Assembly: GCA_003152875.1 (NCBI GenBank)
Contig: PMBF01000039.1
Coordinates: forward strand, 3,324-47,788
Origin: Ignavibacteriota bacterium
Lineage (GTDB): Bacteria > Bacteroidota > Ignavibacteria > UBA10030 > UBA6906
DNA length: 44,465 nt
Reading direction: 5' to 3'
The position numbers and the translations under genes were made by a program. Shown in pieces: positions 17,946-26,377 of the stretch (position 1 is its first letter; every line of letters begins with the position of its first letter). The notes beneath the pieces are model-generated. The model was given only the letters and a program-made list of their open reading frames with translations. It did no database searches and was not told where the DNA came from.

Positions 17946-19589
17946 ATGAAGCCTCTCTGCCTGGTTTTCCTGGCTTTGCTGAGTTGCGCACTGATTGCAC
18001 AGGCGGCTCCGGCGCCCCTCCCTTCTGTCGATCTCGTTCTCGTCATCAGTCTCGACCAGTTCCCCTACGAATACATGACGCGCTTTCGCCCTCACTTCAC
18101 GGGGGGGCTGGCCATGCTGCTGGACCGGGGGGCCGTATTTACCAACGCCGTCTACAAGCACGCCCAGTGCAACACCGGCCCGGGCCACGCGGTGATCCTG
18201 AGCGGATCGTACGGTGCGGAAAACGGCATCGTTTCCAACAACTGGTATGACCGCGCACTCGGGCGTACGGTCTACTGTGTGGAAGACGAGAGTGTCTCCC
18301 TGCTGGGAGGAAAAGGGGACGGGCGATCCCCTGCCCGCTTTGAAGCATCCACATTCGGAGACATGCTCCGGCTTCACACGGGGTTCGAATCGCGCGTCAT
18401 CTCCATAGCCAACAAGGACAGGGCGGCCATCCTGATGGCGGGGCGCATGCCGACCGGGGTATACTGGATGGCGGACTCGGCGTTCGTTTCATCCACATAT
18501 TATCTGAACGCACTGCCGGTATGGCTGAAGGAGTTCAACGGGTCCGGGATGATCAACTCATACTTCGGCGCTCTCTGGAACCAGTCCCTACCCGAGACCG
18601 CCTTCAGCGGCATGGACCAGGACGATGCGCCCTACGAAGAATCACGGGACGGGCTGGGACGGACATTCCCGCACCGCATTACCGGTACGGACAGGTCGCA
18701 CCTCACATCGTCCTACTACTCAGCACTCTGGACCAGCCCTTACGGTGTCATGCTCCCGGCAGAGGCGGCCCGGCGGGCTGTCCTGGGGGAGCGGTTGGGA
18801 AAGCGGGGTGTGACAGACCTTCTCTGCATCGGATTCTCCACCACAGACTACGTGGGGCATGCTTACGGACCGCACAGCCGTGAGATTCTCGAGATTGCGG
18901 TCGCGGTCGACCGGACGCTTGGAGAGTTCTTCTCCTTCATCGACAGCACGGTCGGCCTGCAGCGATGCATCATCGCCCTGACAAGCGACCACGGTGTTTC
19001 ACCCATCCCCGAGTACCTGATGGCGCACGTCCCCGGGGCCAGCGCCGGCCGGATTCCCGGCGACTTGGTGAGAAATACCGCTGAAGCATCACTCACAACT
19101 GTTTTCGGACGTCCACCTGCCCCCTCATGGGTGGAGGCAGTTGTCGAACGCAATGTGTACCTGAGACGGACGGCCCTTCAAAAAAAGAACATTAGTCTGA
19201 GCCGGGCGGCAGCGATCGTGGCTGAAAAGCTTCGTCAACTACCCGGGGTCGCCCACGCGTGGAATCTTCTCGACCTCTCCGGTTCCGATGGGACCGGGCT
19301 GACCGAGAGGGTTCGCCTCAGCTACCGGCCCGACCGCTGCGGCGAGGTATTCTACATGCTCAAGCCCTTCTATCTCGAAGGGGGGCACAGCGGGACGTCA
19401 CACGGCGACCCGTACGACTACAATGCGCACGTGCCATTGATCCTGATGGGAGTGGGAATCCGCCAGGGAGTGTATGATCAGGATGCGAGCCCGGCCGATC
19501 TTGCCCCCACCCTGTCGGCTCTCCTGGGAGTAGAGTTCCCTTCCGGGCGGACCGGTAAGGTTCTCAGGGAGGCTCTCGACCGCAAGTAA
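17946..19589 (+). CDS. Alkaline phosphatase superfamily, PafA-type (Thr nucleophile), secreted
   Basis: Signal peptide; ISLDQ; NTGPGHA; NKDRAAIL; DYVGHAYGP; TSDHG; TSHG. Confidence 0.92.
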   Translation: MKPLCLVFLALLSCALIAQAAPAPLPSVDLVLVISLDQFPYEYMTRFRPHFTGGLAMLLDRGAVFTNAVYKHAQCNTGPGHAVILSGSYGAENGIVSNNWYDRALGRTVYCVEDESVSLLGGKGDGRSPARFEASTFGDMLRLHTGFESRVISIANKDRAAILMAGRMPTGVYWMADSAFVSSTYYLNALPVWLKEFNGSGMINSYFGALWNQSLPETAFSGMDQDDAPYEESRDGLGRTFPHRITGTDRSHLTSSYYSALWTSPYGVMLPAEAARRAVLGERLGKRGVTDLLCIGFSTTDYVGHAYGPHSREILEIAVAVDRTLGEFFSFIDSTVGLQRCIIALTSDHGVSPIPEYLMAHVPGASAGRIPGDLVRNTAEASLTTVFGRPPAPSWVEAVVERNVYLRRTALQKKNISLSRAAAIVAEKLRQLPGVAHAWNLLDLSGSDGTGLTERVRLSYRPDRCGEVFYMLKPFYLEGGHSGTSHGDPYDYNAHVPLILMGVGIRQGVYDQDASPADLAPTLSALLGVEFPSGRTGKVLREALDRK

Positions 19590-19591
19590 TC

Positions 19592-19753
19592 TCCCTGGCG
19601 TACCTGATCGTGCAGGATTTCTCCCTGGAGGACAGGACTGACTGGGCGCTGTTCGGCGGGAGCAAGACCTTTCGGCCCTATCCCTCGATCACCGATGGCA
19701 AGCTTCGAAGCGCAGTCGTACGCGCCGGGTTGAGCACCGTGATGCCAAACTGA
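19592..19753 (+). pseudogene. Start-less coding-like fragment (3' remnant of an unknown gene)
   Basis: Open frame SLAYLIVQDFSLEDRTDWALFGGSKTFRPYPSITDGKLRSAVVR...* with G/C third positions and no upstream start. Confidence 0.3.
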
Positions 19754-19820
19754 TTGCCGCGGGTGCGGGCGAAGGTCCGACCGTCTCTCTTGAGCGGAGC
19801 AGGATGTCAATATTGCCGGG

Positions 19821-20921
19821 TTACTGGCTGGAGAATTTCTTCCGGCGGTTGCGGATATAGTCCACGAACACAAACTCCCCCAGCTTGTTCAGCGACGAGT
19901 AGTATGCCCGCCCCTGGTTCGCCTTGGTGAGTTCCTCCACAAAATTGATCAGGTAGGGATCGCGCGCCACCATGAAGGTGGTGATCGTGATCTTCTCGCG
20001 TCTGCAGGCTACCGCCTCATCGAGGGTCTTATTGACGATTTTGGGATCGAGTCCGAAGGAGTTCTTGTAGAGCCGGCCGTTCGGCTCGAAGATGGCCGAG
20101 GGTTTCCCGTCGGTGACCATGAAGATCTGTTTGTTCGCAGTGGGATGGCGGCGGAGCAGATTGCGCGCAAGCTGCAGACCCGCCCTGGTATTTGTATGGT
20201 AGGGGCCGACGGTCAGAAAAGGCAGCTCGTTGATGCTGACCAGTTTCGCCTCGTCGCCGAAGACCACGAGCGCCAGGAAGTCCTTGGGGAAGCGGGTCAT
20301 GATGAGCTCTGAGAGCGCAAGGCCGACCTGTTTGGCGGGTGTGATGCGGTCTTCCCCGTACAGAATCATGCTGTGGCTGATGTCGATCATGAGGACGGTG
20401 GCGCAGCTTGTCTGGAACTCCGTTTCATAGACTTCCAGGTCCTCTTCCTTCAGCGTAAAGTCGTCGATGCCGTCGCGCTTGAAGGCGTTGGTGAGAGTGG
20501 AGGTCAGATCGATATTCGTCGGCTGGTCGCCGAAGCTGAATTTGCGCGTCTCGCTGAGCCGGTCGACTCCCTTGCCGGTAAAGGGGGTCTCATGCGCCCC
20601 GTCGGGGGCCTTCTTCAGGGAGGTGAAAATCTCGCGCAGGGCATCCTGCCGGACCCGCTGCACACCCCGCTGGGTCAGCTGGTAGCCCGAATCGGCATCC
20701 TCGATGATCCCCATCTCCTTCAGTTTCTTGATGAGGTCTTCCATCGACATATCTTCATTGAAGAGGCCGTATTCCTGCGCCAGCTGCTTGAGCCACTCGA
20801 AGGCTTCCTGGACGTCACCGCTGGTTTGGACCACGAGATAGCTGAAGAGCGACAGCATCTGCTGCAGCTTTTGTTCATCCGTCGACGAGGACGGCTGCCA
20901 TTTGGAGTACTGGAATTTCAC
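19821..20921 (-). CDS. VWA-domain protein partnered with the AAA+ ATPase
   Basis: MIDAS DISHS...T...VTDG; GEDRITPAKQV; GTG start after GGAGG. Confidence 0.9.
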   Translation of the reverse strand: MKFQYSKWQPSSSTDEQKLQQMLSLFSYLVVQTSGDVQEAFEWLKQLAQEYGLFNEDMSMEDLIKKLKEMGIIEDADSGYQLTQRGVQRVRQDALREIFTSLKKAPDGAHETPFTGKGVDRLSETRKFSFGDQPTNIDLTSTLTNAFKRDGIDDFTLKEEDLEVYETEFQTSCATVLMIDISHSMILYGEDRITPAKQVGLALSELIMTRFPKDFLALVVFGDEAKLVSINELPFLTVGPYHTNTRAGLQLARNLLRRHPTANKQIFMVTDGKPSAIFEPNGRLYKNSFGLDPKIVNKTLDEAVACRREKITITTFMVARDPYLINFVEELTKANQGRAYYSSLNKLGEFVFVDYIRNRRKKFSSQ

Positions 20922-20956
20922 GGACTTGGATCATCCTCCCGCTTTTGCTCCCGCTC

Positions 20957-22474
20957 TCAATCTTCCTCGTAGAGCTTCCCCTGGCCCGTGAAAATGCTGC
21001 CGACCAGGTCCTTGTAGGCCGTCATATGGTCCACCTCATCCTTGGCGATCTTGGAATTCTGATGCAGACCGTCGAGCACGAACTCCATGACCGACGGGAG
21101 TTCCAGCTTCTCATCGACCGAAGGCATATGTTTCCTGGTCAGCTCACGGAGGCCCTTGACACGGTCGAGCTCCCTGAAATAGGCGTCCCGCGGCATGTCG
21201 TCGGAGATCTCCACTTTGTTTCCCGCTTCGAACCATTGGATGATGCGGCCGTATTCAGGATCGTCGTTTCCCTGCTGGCGTGATGCGCCGCCGCCTTCGT
21301 GAGCGGCGCGCTGCCGCTTGCGCAGAGGGTCCGGGAAGTAGCGTTTGAAGGTTTCCCTCACCGCCTTCCCGACAAGCGCCTTGCTGACTTTGACCGACCC
21401 CTCCTGCTCTCCTTCGAAGACCAGCTCCACCTTCCCGGTGAGTCCCGGGAGGACATGCGGCAGGTCGCAGATCCGCGGAAGGATGACGTCGTCATCAAGG
21501 AGAATGGCCCTGCGTTCGGCATTGCTGATCAGGTTCTCCATGGCCGAGATCGTCAGCCGCGCACTGACACCCGACTTCTGATCGACGAATTCACTTTTGC
21601 GCGCCTCGAAGGCGATCTGCTCGATGATCTCCTTGAAATAGCGGGGGACGGAGACCGTTTTCCCCTCGCGCTTGATCTGGGCTTCCTGATCGGTGATCCG
21701 TATGGACTCCTCGAGGGAGCGCGGATAGTGAGTCAGGATCTGAGAGTCGATGCGGTCCTTCAGCGGCGTAATGAGATTTCCGCGGTTCGTGTAGTCCTCT
21801 GGGTTCGCCGTGAAGACCAGCATGATGTCGAGGGGAATCCGGATGTTGAACCCCCGGATCTGAATGTCCTTCTCTTCCAGAATGTTGAAGAGGCCGACCT
21901 GGATCCTGGGCTGAAGGTCCGGGAGCTCGTTGATCGCGAAGATCCCCCGGTTGCACCGCGGGACGATGCCGAAGTGGATCGCTCCTTCGTGGGCATAGTG
22001 AAGGCGCTGGGATGCCGCCTTGATCGGATCGATGTCGCCGATCAGATCGGCGATCGTCACATCCGGAGTCGCCAGCTTCTCGCCGTAGCGCCGGCTCCGG
22101 TGGATCCATTCGATCGGGGTGCTTTCACCGCACTCGCGGACGAGGTCCACGGCGAACTTGCTGACGGGCGCGAAGGGGTTGTCGTTGATCTCGCTCCCCT
22201 TGATGACGGGGATCTCCTCGTCGAGCAGCGTGAAGAGCTGGCGCACGATACGGGATTTGGCCTGTCCCCGCAGTCCGAGCAGGATGACGTCGTGCTTGGC
22301 AAGTATGGCGTTGACCAGTGCGGGAATCACGCTGTATTCGTAGCCGATGATCCCGGGGAACAGGGTCTCCTTCTGCCGCATCTTCCGGATAAGGTTCTGC
22401 CGGATCTCGTCCTTCACCGGGATGACCTTATAGCCGCTCCCCCGCAGCTCGCCCAGCGTTTGTGGCTTGTTCAT
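20957..22474 (-). CDS. Magnesium-chelatase-like AAA+ ATPase
   Basis: Walker A GLRGQAKS; EKLATPD; Walker B IFAINE; ANPEDYTNRG; SGVSAR; AGGAAGG RBS. Confidence 0.9.
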   Translation of the reverse strand: MNKPQTLGELRGSGYKVIPVKDEIRQNLIRKMRQKETLFPGIIGYEYSVIPALVNAILAKHDVILLGLRGQAKSRIVRQLFTLLDEEIPVIKGSEINDNPFAPVSKFAVDLVRECGESTPIEWIHRSRRYGEKLATPDVTIADLIGDIDPIKAASQRLHYAHEGAIHFGIVPRCNRGIFAINELPDLQPRIQVGLFNILEEKDIQIRGFNIRIPLDIMLVFTANPEDYTNRGNLITPLKDRIDSQILTHYPRSLEESIRITDQEAQIKREGKTVSVPRYFKEIIEQIAFEARKSEFVDQKSGVSARLTISAMENLISNAERRAILLDDDVILPRICDLPHVLPGLTGKVELVFEGEQEGSVKVSKALVGKAVRETFKRYFPDPLRKRQRAAHEGGGASRQQGNDDPEYGRIIQWFEAGNKVEISDDMPRDAYFRELDRVKGLRELTRKHMPSVDEKLELPSVMEFVLDGLHQNSKIAKDEVDHMTAYKDLVGSIFTGQGKLYEED

Positions 22475-22500
22475 GGATTGACCTTCCTGCTCCCCCCGTG

Positions 22501-22522
22501 AAAAAAACCGGCATGGCCGGTT
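22501..22522 (-). terminator. Intrinsic-terminator-like hairpin in the leader of the AAA+ gene
   Basis: Minus strand AA-CCGGC-CAT-GCCGG-TTTTTTT, 26 nt before the start codon. Confidence 0.4.
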
Positions 22523-22543
22523 GTCGACACCCCATCCGGCGCG

Positions 22544-22572
22544 TTGCAATTCCCTGCAGAAATTGGTACCAT
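22544..22572 (+). promoter_or_regulatory. Sigma70-type promoter for waaF-waaA-larC
   Basis: TTGCAA-17 nt-TACCAT with an extended -10 TG. Confidence 0.7.
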
Positions 22573-22600
22573 TGATCTGCCGGTCGATAGGAACCCTACG

Positions 22601-23677
22601 ATTAAAACATTAATCATCCGCTTTAGTTCCGTCGGCGATATCGTCCTCTCTTCCCCGCTGATCCGCGCACTCCGGCACCGGTTTCCGGACATGCAGATGG
22701 ATTTCCTCGTGAAGGACGCATACGCGGACCTCGTTCGGTGGAACCCGCACGTCACCCGTGTCATTGCATTCCCGCAGGGAGGCGCATTTCAGGACCTCGT
22801 CCGCCTGCGCCGCCGCATCCGCGCGGAGAGGTACGACGTCATCCTCGACATTCACGACAGTCTGCGGAGCCGCTTTCTCTGCGCCGGTGCACGATCGGTG
22901 CGCCGTGTGAACAAGCGTAAGATCGCGCGATTCGCGCTCATCCATTTCAAGGTGAACCTCTACGGGCTGTTCCGCGGGGCGCCCGGTGTGGCGGAACGAT
23001 ATCTTGAAACCGCCAGCGGCCTTGGCGTGGCGGGAGACGGCGGGGGTCCGGAGCTCTTCCTGCCTGCGGCCGCCGTTGAGCGAGCGCAGGAGCTCCTGGC
23101 GGCGGAGGGGCTCGAGGGAGAGACGGCGCTCCTGGGGATCTGCCCGTCCGCAAGGCACTTCACCAAGATGTGGCCCGAGGAGCGCTTCGCGGAAGCTGCG
23201 GCGCTATTTGCGGTGCGGCGGCATGCTTCCGTTGTGCTCTTCGGAGCGGACGACGAGGCCGAGCGATGCCGCTCCATCGCCAGGGCGATAGCCCGGCGCT
23301 CGCCGGTGACGCGGACGGCAGTCCTGGCCGGGCACTCCTCTCTTCTCGAGAGCGCAGCCGTCATGGACCGGTGCGGTGTTGTCGTCACCAACGACACCGG
23401 TCTCATGCATTGTGCGACCGCGCGCGGACGTCCGGTGGTCGCCGTGTTCGGATCCACCGTTCGCCAGTTCGGCTTCTTCCCGATGGGCGCGGCGAGCCGA
23501 GTGGTTGAGCACCCTTCTCTTGCCTGCCGTCCGTGCACGCACATCGGCAGGGAGCAATGTCCCCTGGGGCATTTCCGCTGCATGACGGAGATCGTCCCTG
23601 AGGCAGTTGTGGACGCGGCATCGTCGGTGTGGGAGGCGGCATCGCCGGCCGCCGCTGTCACCCGGCGGAGTTCTTGA
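22601..23677 (+). CDS. waaF: LPS heptosyltransferase II (GT9); start codon uncertain (ATT 22601 proposed)
   Basis: IIRFSSVGDIV; DLVRWNPHV; TKMWPEE; NDTGLMH; VFGST; CRPC...CPLGHFRCM. Confidence 0.88.
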   Translation: MKTLIIRFSSVGDIVLSSPLIRALRHRFPDMQMDFLVKDAYADLVRWNPHVTRVIAFPQGGAFQDLVRLRRRIRAERYDVILDIHDSLRSRFLCAGARSVRRVNKRKIARFALIHFKVNLYGLFRGAPGVAERYLETASGLGVAGDGGGPELFLPAAAVERAQELLAAEGLEGETALLGICPSARHFTKMWPEERFAEAAALFAVRRHASVVLFGADDEAERCRSIARAIARRSPVTRTAVLAGHSSLLESAAVMDRCGVVVTNDTGLMHCATARGRPVVAVFGSTVRQFGFFPMGAASRVVEHPSLACRPCTHIGREQCPLGHFRCMTEIVPEAVVDAASSVWEAASPAAAVTRRSS

Positions 23678-23682
23678 ACCGT

Positions 23683-24972
23683 ATGCGCCAGCTCTGGGAA
23701 TTCCTCTATACAACTCTCTTCATTCCTCTCCTCTGGCTCGTGCTGCGCTTTCTCGGGCTTGTGAAGTCCAAGGTCCGCCGCGGCATCGAGGGGCGCCGAG
23801 GACTCTTCGGAGAGCTCGCCGGCCGCATGCAGAGAGTCCCCCCCGGTCCGAGGGTCTGGTTCCACGCCTCCTCGATGGGCGAATTCGAACAGGCCAAACC
23901 GATCATTGCCGAGCTCAAGCGCCGGGATCCGGGGGTACGGGTCATCGCGAGTTTCTTTTCGCCCTCAGGGTACGACCATTCCCTCAAGTACGCGCTGGCC
24001 GATGTGATCACATATCTTCCCTTTGATACCGACCCCGGGGCGAGGAAGTTTCTCGACCTGGTCCGCCCCACCGCAGCCGTCCTGGTGCGCTACGACGTCT
24101 GGCCGAACATGATCTGGGAGCTGGAGCGGCGGGGGATTCCCATCCTGATCGCGAATGCGACCATGAGACAGTCGAGTCCCCGTTTTCTCCCCGTGATCCG
24201 GAATTTTCACCACCACCTGTACAGCAGCATCCGTGAGATCCTCACCGTATCGGAATCCGACGTTGAGGCGTTTCGCCGCTTCTCGCTCGGGCGCACGCAC
24301 ATTGAGGCCATCGGGGACACGCGCTTTGACCAGGTCTGCACGAGAAGCGCCGAGGCGCGCAAGCACCACCTGCTTCCCGAACAGGTCTCCCGAGGGAAAA
24401 AAGTCATCGTGATCGGGAGCAGCTGGCCCGAAGACGAGGAGGTGATCGTTCCCGCGTTCCTGGAGATGCGGGGTCCGGATACGCTCATGGTGATCGTCCC
24501 TCACGAGCCAACGCTAGAGCACCTCGAGGAGCTTGAGCGCCGGGTAAACGGGGATGTTCGGTCCCTGCGGTTTTCCGCACTGAACGAATACAACGGAGAG
24601 CCGGTGATCATCGTGGACAGCATCGGCATCCTGCTGATGCTGTATGCAGCGGGACACGTGGCGTATGTGGGCGGGAGCTTCAGGCAGGGGGTCCACAACG
24701 TCATTGAAGCAGCGGTGTACGGGATACCGGTGGTCTTCGGGCCGCGCCACAGGAATTCGCAGGAAGCGGTCCAGCTTGCAGAGCGCGGCGGGGCGTTCGT
24801 GGTCGACGGGAGCCAGGCCATGGCCTCGGTCCTGGAGAGGCTGCTCACCGATGACAGGGCGCGCATCGAAGCCGGGCACCTCGCGGCGCAGTTTGTGGTT
24901 ACGAACACAGGAGCAACCGGGCGTTTCCTCCAGCACCTGGACCCCTACCTGCATTCACCGGGAACACCATGA
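23683..24972 (+). CDS. waaA: Kdo transferase
   Basis: WFHASSMGEFEQ; FFSPSG; YLPFD; GDTRFD; GSSW; VPHEP; HNVIEAA. Confidence 0.95.
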   Translation: MRQLWEFLYTTLFIPLLWLVLRFLGLVKSKVRRGIEGRRGLFGELAGRMQRVPPGPRVWFHASSMGEFEQAKPIIAELKRRDPGVRVIASFFSPSGYDHSLKYALADVITYLPFDTDPGARKFLDLVRPTAAVLVRYDVWPNMIWELERRGIPILIANATMRQSSPRFLPVIRNFHHHLYSSIREILTVSESDVEAFRRFSLGRTHIEAIGDTRFDQVCTRSAEARKHHLLPEQVSRGKKVIVIGSSWPEDEEVIVPAFLEMRGPDTLMVIVPHEPTLEHLEELERRVNGDVRSLRFSALNEYNGEPVIIVDSIGILLMLYAAGHVAYVGGSFRQGVHNVIEAAVYGIPVVFGPRHRNSQEAVQLAERGGAFVVDGSQAMASVLERLLTDDRARIEAGHLAAQFVVTNTGATGRFLQHLDPYLHSPGTP

Positions 24973-26147
24973 AGATTGCCCTGCTTGACACGGTCGGCGG
25001 GATCGCCGGCGACATGACCATGGCTGCCCTGGTGGGGGCCGGGATGCCCTTCGAGACGCTGAAGACCGAGCTGGGCAGGCTTCCTCTCGGGGGGTTCCAT
25101 CTGGAGATGACGCACGTCCGGCGAAGCGCGATCGACGCGGTCCACATCGACGTGGTCGTCACCGACCAGCCCCACTACCATCGCCACCTGAAAGATATTC
25201 TCGACATCATCGGGCACGCCCAGCTGAGCGAAGGCGTGCGCAACCGGGCGACGCAGGTGTTCAGGGTCATCGCCGAGGCCGAGGCGGCGGTTCACAACAC
25301 CACCGCCGAAGATATCCACTTTCACGAGGTGGGAGCTCTCGATTCCATCGTGGACATCGTGGGCACGGCCGTGTGTCTCGACACTCTGGGGATCGAGGCG
25401 GTGTACTCCTCCCCGGTGAAGCTGGGCAGCGGCGGGCTCATCACCACGCAGCACGGCGTGATGCCGACTCCCGCGCCGGCGGTGCTTGAGATCCTGAAAG
25501 GCTATCCCGTTGTGCTGACGTCGATCCCCCATGAGCTGACCACCCCTACGGGGGCGGCAATCGTGAAGGCCCTTTCCCGCGGGGTATTGCGGGACGAGCG
25601 GATTCGCGTGGAGGCGATCGGCTACGGGGCCGGGACAAAGGAATTCCGGGAGATCCCAAACCTTCTGCGTGCCGTGATCGGAGAGCTGGAAGGGGAAACG
25701 GAGGAGGAAGAGGTGGTGAGCGTCGAAACCAACATCGACGACATGAACCCGCAGCTCTACCCTCACCTCATCGACCGGCTGCTGGCTGCCGGAGCCCACG
25801 ATGCATACCTGATCCCCGTCATCATGAAGAAGGGGCGTCCCGGCATCATCGTCTCCGTGATCGTCAACCGTTCCGGACTCGACGCGGTGGCCGGGTGTCT
25901 CTTCCGCGAAACCCCGACCATCGGACTTCGCATCCATGAGACCGGACGGAGGAAGCTTCCCCGGCGGAACCTGACCATGGCGACCTCATTCGGCGCCGTG
26001 CTGGCGAAGGCCGTGCTCCGCGACGGGCGCGAGGTGATCACGGCTGAATTCGAAGAGTGCAAACGGATCGCACTCGAGCACAACCTCCCGGTCCTCGAGG
26101 TGATGCGGCAGCTGGAGAAGGAGCTCGGGAGGGGACGCAGCGGCTGA
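24969..26147 (+). CDS. larC: Nickel pincer cofactor Ni-insertase LarC
   Basis: GIAGDM; HFHEVGALDSIVD; HG..P.PAPA; TTPTGAA; ETNIDD; MKKGRPG; EFEEC. Confidence 0.95.
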   Translation: MKIALLDTVGGIAGDMTMAALVGAGMPFETLKTELGRLPLGGFHLEMTHVRRSAIDAVHIDVVVTDQPHYHRHLKDILDIIGHAQLSEGVRNRATQVFRVIAEAEAAVHNTTAEDIHFHEVGALDSIVDIVGTAVCLDTLGIEAVYSSPVKLGSGGLITTQHGVMPTPAPAVLEILKGYPVVLTSIPHELTTPTGAAIVKALSRGVLRDERIRVEAIGYGAGTKEFREIPNLLRAVIGELEGETEEEEVVSVETNIDDMNPQLYPHLIDRLLAAGAHDAYLIPVIMKKGRPGIIVSVIVNRSGLDAVAGCLFRETPTIGLRIHETGRRKLPRRNLTMATSFGAVLAKAVLRDGREVITAEFEECKRIALEHNLPVLEVMRQLEKELGRGRSG

Positions 26148-26377
26148 GCGGGGCGGGACGGGGATTGCGGGAGTACCGGAGCAGACCGGAACCGCAAGAG
26201 GCCAGGCGGAGAAGAGAGCCGTTGTCCTGCCTGAGAAGGCGGGTACCGCTTCGACCATGAGCCGCACGAAGCGGCGGGTACGAGTGCCGCCGGGATTCTT
26301 ATTGGGGGGGAATGCCTTTGCTCATTCGGCACTGCGCTTCCGGAATGAGTCGAGCGGATACAGGAAAGGACCATGCC

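Noticed and set aside
20957-22474. AAA+ protein as the sigma54 activator for the 34651 promoter
   Set aside because: No GAFTGA loop or C-terminal HTH; it belongs to the chelatase-like/VWA-associated group.
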